A DNA stretch of 64,000 nt from Elusimicrobiota bacterium (GTDB taxonomy: Bacteria; Elusimicrobiota; Elusimicrobia; F11): contig JBGAON010000005.1 of assembly GCA_044221725.1 (NCBI GenBank), positions 32,001-96,000 of the forward strand, read 5' to 3'. The notes beneath the pieces were generated by a model. The model had not been told where the DNA came from and did no database searches. It was given only the letters and a program-made list of their open reading frames with translations. Position numbers and translations under genes: made by a program. Shown here piece after piece: positions 35,110 to 44,569 of the stretch. Every line of letters starts with the position of its first letter. Within the stretch, counting starts at the first letter, position 1.

Positions 35110-36953
35110 TTCATAGCGAGTGTAACCAAAAAAATGGCGGTTACAAATGTAATTAGCGCTCCGATGCGAAATGAATTCGGCACATACGCAAAGGTGACGG
35201 AGTGACTCCCTGCTGGTACGTCCACACTGAGGAACGTGTTTTCATAGGGTGTTAGTGCTGCGGGCACCCTGTCTACCCAAACCTTCCATCCCGGAAAAAG
35301 AGTCTCGGTAAACACCACTTTCACGGGACCTATTGCTTGCAATGCGATGCGACTTTCATTCTGTTCAATGATGTTCACTTTTTGATTCGGAATAGTGACT
35401 ATGTTCGCTAAAAAATCCGCGTTGTCGAACACTACCACGTCATTCCAATCTGGGATTGGTTTTCCTAAGGCACTATCTTTCAAATCGATAATCTTGCTGA
35501 TTCCGGCCAAATCAAATAAGCGAGATTCCGGCGCCGCCGAACTGAGTCGACTAATAAACCGGCCTGCGCGTTTGCTCAAGAGGATATCGTAGCTGATGGA
35601 TTCGTTAATCCCAGCACCTGCCGCAATGGATGGTGCCAGAATGCTTTTAATAAACATCAAGTCCTGCCTCGTCTCGACACGCCAGGTATGAATGGTGTTG
35701 GTAATCGCTGATGAATGAAACACTCGACTGCCCGTGGGAATGGATTGAAGTTCCGCGCGCGGCGCGTAGAGTTGAGTGAAAAACGCTTCGCTGGTCCAAG
35801 CGGTGTGAAGTGGGAAACTGTAAATCAAAAAGTCCAAAGCCACGAGGCCGACAATCGAACACGCAAATTTCTGGCTATTGAAATGCTTAATCCCGTTAAC
35901 TGCAACAAGAACCATTAAAGTGGTTGCAACAAGCAGCCAGTGTGCGGGGAACCGGAATACACTGATAAAGGGGATAAAACGGTAAACAGGATTGTACTTC
36001 CCGAGTGCAAGCGAGAACGCCATGAGCGATGCCGCCGCAAGTATTCTTTCTTGCCGGCCGCCTTTGGTCACCGCCCATACAAAAAGAAGCAACATTATTG
36101 GACCCACATAAGAGCTGACAATAGCGGGATCCGAGTTGGTTACCGGTGTGAGGCGCGACAAAAGAAAACCAGGCATGAATATTTGCCGAAATAATTCGAG
36201 CGGGTGTAACGAGAACTCGAATGCTTGATTCGAAGACACCAATACTGGTCGGATCGATTCCCTGAGCATTTCGAAAAATGGAACCCACTGAATAGCGCAG
36301 ATTCCGAGCATCACGCATAACGCTTTGGATAAAATCCGCCAATCTATACGAGGGTAAGACTCCGAAAAAGAGATGCTCAATAAAATAAAAATGGACAGAA
36401 TGAAAAATGGAGGGAAACCTGCCATCCATTGACACGACAAAAGCAGACCTAATGTTATTGGCTTTTTTTCCATCTCCGCCCAAATGAGTGCGGGCACCCA
36501 CGCCATCGCCGCGAAAGGTGTCATAAGAGTAACTCGAGCAAGAAACATTCCGCCAAATGCAAATGCAACGACGGCCAGCGCCCCGCCCGATTTGTTTTGT
36601 GATATTTTCTGCCCGATCAAAAAGGAAAACATCGCGGCCAATAAAACATGCGCGACAATGAACACCCGTTCATAATCAAGGAAACCAAAAGCGACCGAGA
36701 GAAATCGAAACGGGTACAGTGCTTGATTTTGGGGATCAGCTAGGAAGGGTTGTCCGAAATTACGAGTCGGATCCCACAGAAAATTCCAATCCAACAGAAA
36801 TCGTTTCCCAATGGACCAGGACGGATAGAAAAACCGAAGAGTATTGCCATCGAACGGGATCAGCGAGCGTAACAACAAGCGGTGCCAATAAACCAAAACG
36901 TAACTCGTTGCAAGCAGCGTCACTGTCAGCGTTTGCTTGTATCTTGGGCGCAT
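35106..36953 (-). CDS. YfhO-like GT-C membrane glycosyltransferase
   Basis: WDP..FGQPFLADPQ...YP, many TM segments, and C-terminal FPGWKVWVD...VPAG.H.V.F.Y.P. The start is 36953 or 36962. Confidence 0.75.
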   Translation of the reverse strand: MRPRYKQTLTVTLLATSYVLVYWHRLLLRSLIPFDGNTLRFFYPSWSIGKRFLLDWNFLWDPTRNFGQPFLADPQNQALYPFRFLSVAFGFLDYERVFIVAHVLLAAMFSFLIGQKISQNKSGGALAVVAFAFGGMFLARVTLMTPFAAMAWVPALIWAEMEKKPITLGLLLSCQWMAGFPPFFILSIFILLSISFSESYPRIDWRILSKALCVMLGICAIQWVPFFEMLRESIRPVLVSSNQAFEFSLHPLELFRQIFMPGFLLSRLTPVTNSDPAIVSSYVGPIMLLLFVWAVTKGGRQERILAAASLMAFSLALGKYNPVYRFIPFISVFRFPAHWLLVATTLMVLVAVNGIKHFNSQKFACSIVGLVALDFLIYSFPLHTAWTSEAFFTQLYAPRAELQSIPTGSRVFHSSAITNTIHTWRVETRQDLMFIKSILAPSIAAGAGINESISYDILLSKRAGRFISRLSSAAPESRLFDLAGISKIIDLKDSALGKPIPDWNDVVVFDNADFLANIVTIPNQKVNIIEQNESRIALQAIGPVKVVFTETLFPGWKVWVDRVPAALTPYENTFLSVDVPAGSHSVTFAYVPNSFRIGALITFVTAIFLVTLAMK

Positions 36954-37072
36954 TGTCGGCATTGTAACATGGACCGATTTGCCTTTCTGAAATTAGATTT
37001 ATTAGAGTGCTCGCCCTTCTCCAACGCCCTCCGTCGGATAACTGTTGTCGATCCCCTTCAAAGGCTGGCATT

Positions 37073-38602
37073 ATGCTTTCTCATGTATTAACCGCTTCGG
37101 TGTACGGTGTGGACGGTTACGCGGTTACCGTCGAAGTCGATTTTCGAGCGGGACTGCCCTCGTTCAATATCGTTGGTTTGCCGGATGCGAGTATTCGCGA
37201 GTCTCGTGAACGGGTTGTTGCGGCGATTAAGAATTCGGGTTTTGTTTTTTCTCCGCAGCGGATCACCGTTAATCTTGCGCCGGCCCATTTAAAAAAGGAA
37301 GGGCCCGCTTTCGATCTGCCAATCGCGATCGGCATCCTTGTGGCCGCGGAAATAATAAGCGCCGATGTTTTGTCGGGGTGTGCGTTCCTCGGGGAGCTCG
37401 GTTTGAATGGGGACCTGCGCGCCATTCGCGGTGTGTTGCCTTGCGCCATCGGCTTGCAGAAAAAAGGTGTTTCCCGGTTGGTGCTACCCGAACGAAATGC
37501 CAACGAGGCAGCGGTTGTTCAAGGGATTGAGGTGCTTCCGTTTCGAACTCTTGCCGAAGTGGTGGCCTATCTCCAGGGCGAGATCAACAAGAATCCGCAT
37601 GAGATCGATCGAGCGAATATTTTCGAGCGCTCGCTGGCCCACAACGTGGATTTTTCTGACGTAAAAGGACAGGTCATCGCAAAGCGCGCGCTGGAAATAG
37701 CGGCTGCCGGAAATCATAACGCGATTCTCGTCGGGCCTCCAGGTTCCGGAAAGACGCTTCTTGCGAGACGATTCCCGAGTATTTTGCCTGACATGGAATT
37801 TGATGAAGCATTGGAAACCACCAAAATTCATTCCGTCGCCGGATTGTTGCGCGAATCCACGCAGCTGGTTGCAACCCGGCCTTTTCGAAGCCCTCATCAC
37901 CAGGTAAGTAATGTTGCCTTGATCGGTGGTGGTAGCAATCCCAAGCCCGGGGAAGTATCGCTGGCTCATCGCGGCGTTTTGTTTCTCGACGAATTTCCAG
38001 AATTTGGCCGAAGCGTTTTGGAGGGTCTGCGGCAACCATTGGAAGACCGTTTCGTTACGATTGCCCGGATTTCAAATTCGGTTCGATACCCATCCGATTT
38101 TTTGCTGCTGGCGGCAGCGAATCCGTGTCCGTGCGGTTATTGGGCCAGTGGTGTGCGGCCGTGCTCCTGTGCGCCGACGCTGGTTCAAAAATACAGGTCG
38201 AAGATGTCGGGGCCGCTTCTGGACCGGATCGATCTTCACGTGGAAGTCCCGGCTCTCAAGCTCGATGAGATTACCGATGCCGAGAGCAGCACCGAAGCAT
38301 CCGCCGCCGTGCGCGAGCGCGTCATTCGCGCGCGTTTGATTCAAAAAAACAGATTCGCGGGCCTTGGAATTTATGAAAATAGCCGAATGTCGGTGCCTCA
38401 TATCAAAATGTTCTGTCGTCTCGATGGAAACGCGAGGAAACTGCTGAAGGATGCTATTCGACGTCTGGGTCTTTCCGCGCGCGCGTACGACCGAATTCTC
38501 AAAGTGTCTCGAACTATCGCGGATCTCGAAGCCCAGCCAGATATAACAGCTGCGAATGTCGCGGAAGCCATTGGATTTCGGTTTTTGGATCGGCCCACAT
38601 GA
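37073..38602 (+). CDS. comM: ComM/YifB Mg-chelatase-like AAA+ helicase
   Basis: IVGLPD..IRESRERV, GPPGSGKT, PFRSPHH, GEVSLAHRGVLFLDE, NPCPCG and SGPLLDRID. Confidence 0.95.
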   Translation: MLSHVLTASVYGVDGYAVTVEVDFRAGLPSFNIVGLPDASIRESRERVVAAIKNSGFVFSPQRITVNLAPAHLKKEGPAFDLPIAIGILVAAEIISADVLSGCAFLGELGLNGDLRAIRGVLPCAIGLQKKGVSRLVLPERNANEAAVVQGIEVLPFRTLAEVVAYLQGEINKNPHEIDRANIFERSLAHNVDFSDVKGQVIAKRALEIAAAGNHNAILVGPPGSGKTLLARRFPSILPDMEFDEALETTKIHSVAGLLRESTQLVATRPFRSPHHQVSNVALIGGGSNPKPGEVSLAHRGVLFLDEFPEFGRSVLEGLRQPLEDRFVTIARISNSVRYPSDFLLLAAANPCPCGYWASGVRPCSCAPTLVQKYRSKMSGPLLDRIDLHVEVPALKLDEITDAESSTEASAAVRERVIRARLIQKNRFAGLGIYENSRMSVPHIKMFCRLDGNARKLLKDAIRRLGLSARAYDRILKVSRTIADLEAQPDITAANVAEAIGFRFLDRPT

Positions 38603-40101
38603 GGCTAAACCGAATCTTTGTCGGTTCGTTTTTTGTTGGCGTTGCCGCACTCTATTGGGTGTGTCGGAACGCGTACTTTGTTGGGTTCTTCAACGATGAC
38701 GCTTTTTATCTCATCGGTGCACGATCACTCTTGCTCGGAAAATATGTCGCTTTGAACGAACCAACCGAGCCGATGCTGGGCTATATGCCCGGCTATTCGA
38801 TGCTGCTCGCGCCAATCAGTTTCTTTGCGCGCAGTTGGTTTCTGCCGCATCAGATTTTTTCGATCTTGCTGAGTATGCTCTCGCTGGTCGCCTACCGATT
38901 CTTCCTCAATAAGAAAATGCCCGCAGCCACGATCAACGCGGCGTTAATAATTGCGGCATTAAATCCTCTTGCGGTCTCGCTTTCGGGTACAATTTTGTCG
39001 GACGTTCCATATTTGCTTTTTTCCATGATCATCGTGTTGTGCTCCGAACGAGCGTGGAACGCGGAAAAAAACGTCGTCGCCGATTGGTTCGTGCTTTTCG
39101 TTTTGTGTGTTTACGCGGCGATGCTGCGTCCGTCCGGTGCGGCGTGGGGCATCGCTGTGGCGGTCGCGTTGGCAATTGACAAAAAATGGACCAGATTTGC
39201 CGCTTTTTCGGTGGCGTACGTCGTTATGGTGTTCGCGATAGCATGGCCAGAAATCAGGCGTTATCTATTCGAATTAGGTTCAGCGGACACGCTTCACAGG
39301 GTATCGAGTGCGCCAGCCGAGTACGTGGTAAGGAACATACGTTTCTATTTGCACGAACTGTTCGTGCACAACTTAATTCGTTCTGGAAATCCCATCTTTC
39401 AGTTTTCAACAATTGTCGTTTGCTTCGCACTGATGGTAACCGGTGCGTGGCGATACGGAGTTAATGGTCAGCGAAAAGTACTTCTCATTTATTTGGCTCT
39501 CTACGCACTCATTCAGCTTGCCTGGCCGAAACAATCCGGCAGATATGTTTACGCAGTTTTTCCGTTTGTGGTTTTCTTTATCTCGTTAGGATTGGTTCGC
39601 ACGGATAGAACTAAAACCTCTGCGCTCGTCTCTATGTTCCTCGGGCTCACGCTATTCTGCATTGTTCCGCCAATTCGCGCGATTGTGCGTTCGTCCGTAT
39701 CTCGCGATACGCCACTCAGTTCACCGCCGTCTGAGATGTTGGAATGGATTTCGAGAAACACCGCCCGCACGGATATATTTGCGGCAGAATTGGATGGAGC
39801 CTTTTATATTCAAACGGACCGAAAAACGTATCACCTTCCGAAGATTTTTCACACGGATGAGTTTTTCCGTTGGTGTGAGCAGCGGGCGGTTAAATATGTT
39901 GTGTTCGATTCAAGGGATTTTATTATGCGAACACCCGGCGGAAATACAGTGCACGACCCCTTTCCGAACGAAGAATTGGCGAGAATTCTATCGACCCCCG
40001 ACGCATTTAAGGAAGTATTCCACTCGTCGCAGGGTGAACAACGGATTTATCGCGTCAACATTCTTAAAGCGTCCCTTGACACAGGCACGTTCACAACTTA
40101 A
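38599..40101 (+). CDS. GT39/ArnT-like GT-C membrane glycosyltransferase
   Basis: NDDAFY in the first loop, PGYS.LLA, LSDVPY, RY..(A)VFP; about 12 TM segments. Confidence 0.7.
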   Translation: MRLNRIFVGSFFVGVAALYWVCRNAYFVGFFNDDAFYLIGARSLLLGKYVALNEPTEPMLGYMPGYSMLLAPISFFARSWFLPHQIFSILLSMLSLVAYRFFLNKKMPAATINAALIIAALNPLAVSLSGTILSDVPYLLFSMIIVLCSERAWNAEKNVVADWFVLFVLCVYAAMLRPSGAAWGIAVAVALAIDKKWTRFAAFSVAYVVMVFAIAWPEIRRYLFELGSADTLHRVSSAPAEYVVRNIRFYLHELFVHNLIRSGNPIFQFSTIVVCFALMVTGAWRYGVNGQRKVLLIYLALYALIQLAWPKQSGRYVYAVFPFVVFFISLGLVRTDRTKTSALVSMFLGLTLFCIVPPIRAIVRSSVSRDTPLSSPPSEMLEWISRNTARTDIFAAELDGAFYIQTDRKTYHLPKIFHTDEFFRWCEQRAVKYVVFDSRDFIMRTPGGNTVHDPFPNEELARILSTPDAFKEVFHSSQGEQRIYRVNILKASLDTGTFTT

Positions 40102-40162
40102 CTTTAGTGGGAGTTTTCATAATTGCATCGAAATAGTGTGGTGTTCCGGAGGTTTTCGAAAA

Positions 40163-40744
40163 ATGAAAAAGGTTCTTATTAGATTTGGACTTGCGTCCAC
40201 CTTCGTTTTGTCTCTGTATTTCATGATTACGCGGTCCCAAGCGGAAGACACGAATGTGATTGTTGAAGATGAAAGCGCGGCACAGCCTGCCGCCGCCGCT
40301 GCCGATACCGCTGAAGCTGTTCCGGCCGAAAAGGTTAAAGAGGAAGAAACTCCCGCCGAGGAAACTCCGGTCAAACCAAAATCAACGAAACCAGCAAAAC
40401 GAACGGATCGCGCAGATGCTTTTGTGGCAGGCGCCGATTGGGAATTTGATGGATTTGTCGCTGGCGGACAGGATTCCAATGTTCGGAGCATGTTTTACCT
40501 GAACGACCTGATTTATGTGAATATCGGTTCTCAGCAAGGGGTGGGGACGGGCGATAAGATCGGTATTTATAAGAGAGGCGATCGGTTGCGCGATCCACAG
40601 AGCGGAAAATTCATCGGCTACGAAGTTCGACGGGCGGCAATCGCGCGTGCCACCGATCGCGTCGAAGATGAGACCGCGGCGCTGCGGATCACGAACACGT
40701 ACGAACCTGTTGAGATTGGTGATCTCGTTCGCCGGGAACAGTAG
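40163..40744 (+). CDS. Exported protein with acidic linker and FlgT-C/TsaP-C-like domain
   Basis: Signal peptide ending SQA-E; Glu/Pro/Ala-rich linker; IYVNIG..QGV..GD...RDPQSG..IG...IGDLV; GGAGG SD. Confidence 0.6.
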   Translation: MKKVLIRFGLASTFVLSLYFMITRSQAEDTNVIVEDESAAQPAAAAADTAEAVPAEKVKEEETPAEETPVKPKSTKPAKRTDRADAFVAGADWEFDGFVAGGQDSNVRSMFYLNDLIYVNIGSQQGVGTGDKIGIYKRGDRLRDPQSGKFIGYEVRRAAIARATDRVEDETAALRITNTYEPVEIGDLVRREQ

Positions 40745-40747
40745 TCG

Positions 40748-41119
40748 TTGCGAAATTTTTTCATTTTCGTTGTTGTGCTCGTCGTCGGCGTGAAGTTTGG
40801 AGCCGATTATTTGCTATCCGACAAGTTCGAGGATTACGCAAACCAAACAAAAGAACCCATGACCTGTCAGTTTGAAAACACGCTTGGCTATTTGCATATG
40901 ATGATGAGCGAATACAAAAAAGGGTATTACCGGTTTTCTCACACTATTGATCGGTGCCCGGATACCCCGGTCGCGGAAACCGCCGAATTTAATCTTGCTC
41001 GATGCCTCGAAGGCATGGGCGAGCGCGACAACGCCGTCAGGGCGTACGACGCTTTTGCGAAGAAGTATCCGAACTCGGATCGAGCGAAAATAGCGTATAG
41101 AGCGTCTGGCACGTTGTAA
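40748..41119 (+). CDS. Small membrane-anchored TPR (BamD/YbgF-like) protein
   Basis: N-terminal TM; AEFNLARCLEGMG...A..AY..F..KYPNS..A. Confidence 0.65.
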   Translation: MRNFFIFVVVLVVGVKFGADYLLSDKFEDYANQTKEPMTCQFENTLGYLHMMMSEYKKGYYRFSHTIDRCPDTPVAETAEFNLARCLEGMGERDNAVRAYDAFAKKYPNSDRAKIAYRASGTL

Positions 41120-41133
41120 TCGTTTTCCATTCT

Positions 41134-41154
41134 CCCCTCCAACCTTAGGAGGGG
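41134..41154 (+). promoter_or_regulatory. Hairpin sequestering the dprA Shine-Dalgarno
   Basis: CCCCTCC-AACCTTA-GGAGGGG, ending 4 nt before the ATG. Confidence 0.6.
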
Positions 41155-41158
41155 TCTT

Positions 41159-42265
41159 ATGTTCACAGAAGAAGTATATGCGTCGTTGCTGTTAAACAGC
41201 ATTCCCGAAATTGGGCCGAAGCGGTTTCAATCATTAATCGAAATTTTTGGATCCGCACACTCCGCGCTCAAAGCGCGTGCAACAAATTGGCGATCGGTTC
41301 CATTTTTCGAACAACACATTCTTGAGAAAATAGAAAGTCAGTTTGTCGATATTCAACGCGCGGCTGAGAATGATCTCGAAGTCGTCAACCGATCCGGTGT
41401 TAAAGTGTTTCTGGCGCATCAAGGGGATTACCCGGCGCTTTTGAAACAGACGGTAAACCCTCCGCCGGTTCTGTACGTAAAAGGAGCCGATATCTTAGCT
41501 CAGCAGCCTGCGATAGCAATGGTGGGAAGTCGGCGGTGCAGTTATTACGGCGAAAAAATGGCGACGACGCTGGCGGGCGATCTCAGTGCTTTTGGCATCA
41601 CGACCATCAGCGGCCTTGCCCGTGGAATTGATACGTTTGCGCATCGCGCTTCCCTGGCCGCCGGCGGAGAGACATGGGCTGTAATTGGCGCGGGCCTTTC
41701 TCGAATCTATCCTCCGGAAAACAGCAATCTGGCGGCTGAGATAGAGAAGCGCGGGGCGATTATTAGCGAGTTCCCGATGGCGACGCGCCCGCTTCCTGCT
41801 AATTTTCCCCGCCGAAATAGAGTAATTGCCGGTTTCGCTCAGGCAACGATTGTGATTGAAGGCACCGCGCGGAGCGGCTCGCTGATCACCGCGCGGCTTG
41901 CGGCCGAACAGGGCCGCGATGTTTTTGCAGTTCCGGGTCCCGTCACGTCGCCACTTAGCGAAGCGCCGCATCAATTGCTGCAGATGGGAGCCGCGATGGC
42001 GGTTTCGGCGGAACAAGTGCTTCGCGATTTGGGAATTTCGGTTCAAAAGCAAGCCGCGATGGCCATCGATAAAAGGACCGGGGACGCGAGGCATTCCGAA
42101 ACTTTTCGACGGGTTCTTTCGTTTCTCGGAGAAGAAACGGTGCCGCGAGAAATTTTGGCGCAGAAGTTGAATTGCACGACAAGTCAGCTATCCTCCTTAT
42201 TATTACAGATGGAAATGGCTGGAATTATCCGATCGGTTCCGGGCGGAGGCGTGCTTAAATCTTGA
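41159..42265 (+). CDS. dprA: DNA-processing protein DprA
   Basis: AMVGSR, SGLARGID, FPRRNRVIAG, SGSLITA and GRDVFAVPG. Confidence 0.96.
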   Translation: MFTEEVYASLLLNSIPEIGPKRFQSLIEIFGSAHSALKARATNWRSVPFFEQHILEKIESQFVDIQRAAENDLEVVNRSGVKVFLAHQGDYPALLKQTVNPPPVLYVKGADILAQQPAIAMVGSRRCSYYGEKMATTLAGDLSAFGITTISGLARGIDTFAHRASLAAGGETWAVIGAGLSRIYPPENSNLAAEIEKRGAIISEFPMATRPLPANFPRRNRVIAGFAQATIVIEGTARSGSLITARLAAEQGRDVFAVPGPVTSPLSEAPHQLLQMGAAMAVSAEQVLRDLGISVQKQAAMAIDKRTGDARHSETFRRVLSFLGEETVPREILAQKLNCTTSQLSSLLLQMEMAGIIRSVPGGGVLKS

Positions 42266-42289
42266 CTTAGTTGTTACAATGCCAAACCT

Positions 42290-44452
42290 ATGGAAGCGTT
42301 AGTAATAGTCGAATCTCCTACCAAAGAACGAACCATTGGTAAATTTTTGTCGAAAAAATTTACCGTGAGAAGTTCCTATGGTCATGTTCGTGATCTGCCA
42401 CAGCGAAAACTTGGGGTGGATATTGATCATGAATTCGAGCCGAGCTACGTCATTCTTCCACGCGCAAAGAAATTATTGCCCGAACTGAACAAGTCGGCCA
42501 AACAGGTGAAAACAATTTTCTTAGCGACGGACTACGACCGCGAAGGGGAAGCCATCGCGTGGCACTTGGCGCAGATGTTGAAAGTCCCCGAAGAGAAACT
42601 TAAACGAATAACCTTCCATGAAATTACGCCGGATGCGATCAAGGCTGCTCTGGCGAGCCCCCGAGAATTGGACCCGCATTTGGTGGACGCACAGGTAGCA
42701 CGGCGCGTGCTTGATCGGCTTGTGGGTTACAAGCTCTCTCCTCTTTTGTGGCGAAAAGTAAAGCGAGGGTTATCCGCGGGCCGCGTTCAATCTGTCGCGG
42801 TACGAATTATTTGTCAACGCGAAACCGAGATCGAAAAGTTTGTTCCGCAGGAATATTGGACTCTCGGCGTGCAGCTTGAAAAGGGAAGTCATCCGCCGTT
42901 TTGGGCTCACATTCATTCTAAAGGATCGCACAAGTTTGGTCGCCTCGAACTGAGCTCCAAAGAAGCGGTCGATAAAATTTTAGCGGAACTCGAATCCGCC
43001 ACATACGAAGTTGCGAAAGTAGAATCAAAAGAACGGCGCCGCCAGCCGCCGGCACCGTTCACTACCGCGGCGTTGCAACAAGAGGCGTCCCATCGTCTCG
43101 GTTTCCGCGCGCAGCGCACCATGATTGTTGCTCAACAGTTATATGAAGGTCTCGCGCTGGCCAACGGAGAAACGGTCGGACTTATAACCTACATGCGCAC
43201 CGATTCCACGTTCGTGGCGAAGACGGCCCAGGACGAGGCGGCGAAGTACATTCAAGGTAAATTTGGGAAAGAATTGTTGCCGGCGAAGTTTCGTGTTTTT
43301 AAGACAAAGGCCAAAGGCGCCCAGGAAGCTCATGAGGCAATCCGTCCGACCTCGGTGTTTCGTGATCCCGAGAGCGTGAAAGATTACTTAACGCCCGAGC
43401 AGCTACGACTATATAAATTGATCTGGGAGCGTTTTGTTGGCAGTCAAATGACCGATGCGCTGTACGATACGTTGACCGTGGATATTTCCGCAAAACCGTC
43501 TGACATAATTTTCCGCGCCAACGGGCGCACCCTAAAGTTTCCGGGTTTTCTCATTCTCCAGGGAAAAGAATCGACGCCAGAATCTGAAGCCCCGAAAGAA
43601 GAGGACGACGATTCGCAAATTGCCGCGTTACCGCCGTTGGCAGTGTCCGATCAATTAAAGAAGAAAAGCCTCAAGCCCGAACAGCATTTTACGGAGCCGC
43701 CGCCGCGATTTAACGAAGCAAGTCTCGTTAAGACCATGGAGGAGTTGGGCATTGGGCGACCATCGACATACGCTCCTATTATCCAGACAATCTTGGCTCG
43801 CGGCTACGTTCGTTTTGATGAAAGGCGTTTTATCCCGACGGAACTCGGAAAAACGGTCGATCAACAACTCGTCGATAATTTTTCGGAAATCGTCGATGTA
43901 AATTTTACAGCGGGCATGGAGAACATGCTCGATGCGGTGGCCGATGGAAAAGCAAAATGGCAATCCGTAATTCGGAATTTCTGGACGCCGTTTTCAAAAA
44001 AATTATCAACGGCCGAAACCGACATGAAAGTCACGAAGCCGAAAGTTCAAGAGACCGACGTGAAATGCGAGAAATGCGGTGCCATGATGGTTATTCGCGA
44101 GAGTCGCTTCGGAAAATTTCTCGCGTGCTCCACGTATCCAACGTGTAATTACAAAGCATCGCTCGACAAAGAAGGCAATGTTGTAAAGCCTCAAGAAACC
44201 GGAGAAGCCTGCCCGGATTGCGGGAAGCCGATCGTTCAGCGAATGGGGCGACGCGGAAAATTCCTCGCTTGCTCGGGATACCCGAATTGCAAATTTACGC
44301 GATCAATCGCTACGGAGAAAGTTGCGCCGCAGCCCACCGGAGAAAAGTGCGAAAATTGTGGAAAAGATATGGTCATGAAGCGTGGTCGTTTCGGCGAATT
44401 CATGGCGTGCTCCGGTTACCCCACCTGTAAAACAATAAAGAAAGCTGCTTAG
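42290..44452 (+). CDS. topA: DNA topoisomerase I with three Zn ribbons
   Basis: IVESPTK, ATDYDREGE, SAGRVQS, LITYMRTDS and GIGRPSTYA. Confidence 0.98.
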   Translation: MEALVIVESPTKERTIGKFLSKKFTVRSSYGHVRDLPQRKLGVDIDHEFEPSYVILPRAKKLLPELNKSAKQVKTIFLATDYDREGEAIAWHLAQMLKVPEEKLKRITFHEITPDAIKAALASPRELDPHLVDAQVARRVLDRLVGYKLSPLLWRKVKRGLSAGRVQSVAVRIICQRETEIEKFVPQEYWTLGVQLEKGSHPPFWAHIHSKGSHKFGRLELSSKEAVDKILAELESATYEVAKVESKERRRQPPAPFTTAALQQEASHRLGFRAQRTMIVAQQLYEGLALANGETVGLITYMRTDSTFVAKTAQDEAAKYIQGKFGKELLPAKFRVFKTKAKGAQEAHEAIRPTSVFRDPESVKDYLTPEQLRLYKLIWERFVGSQMTDALYDTLTVDISAKPSDIIFRANGRTLKFPGFLILQGKESTPESEAPKEEDDDSQIAALPPLAVSDQLKKKSLKPEQHFTEPPPRFNEASLVKTMEELGIGRPSTYAPIIQTILARGYVRFDERRFIPTELGKTVDQQLVDNFSEIVDVNFTAGMENMLDAVADGKAKWQSVIRNFWTPFSKKLSTAETDMKVTKPKVQETDVKCEKCGAMMVIRESRFGKFLACSTYPTCNYKASLDKEGNVVKPQETGEACPDCGKPIVQRMGRRGKFLACSGYPNCKFTRSIATEKVAPQPTGEKCENCGKDMVMKRGRFGEFMACSGYPTCKTIKKAA

Positions 44453-44457
44453 GGCTT

Positions 44458-44495
44458 GCCCTCCGTAGCTCGAACGAAGTGAGAGCGTAGGAGGG
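44458..44495. repeat. Short palindrome after topA
   Basis: CCCTCC-GTA-GCTC...GAGC-GTA-GGAGGG imperfect hairpin. Confidence 0.55.
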
Positions 44496-44569
44496 AAAAA
44501 ACGAAGGGCCCACCGCCGTCCCCTCCAACGTGGTGAGCCCTTGTACCTGTCAAAGACGTCTTAACAAGT
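44496..44569 (-). ncRNA. Candidate ~74-nt small RNA
   Basis: Minus strand shows a TATAGT -10 box (44581-44576), two stem-loops whose G-U pairs work only on this strand, and a U6 tail. The loop is complementary to the dprA and comM leaders. Confidence 0.5.

Noticed and set aside
39662..40162. Long N-terminal extension of ORF 39662-40744
   Set aside because: Overlaps the GT-C gene; the SD and signal peptide point to ATG 40163.
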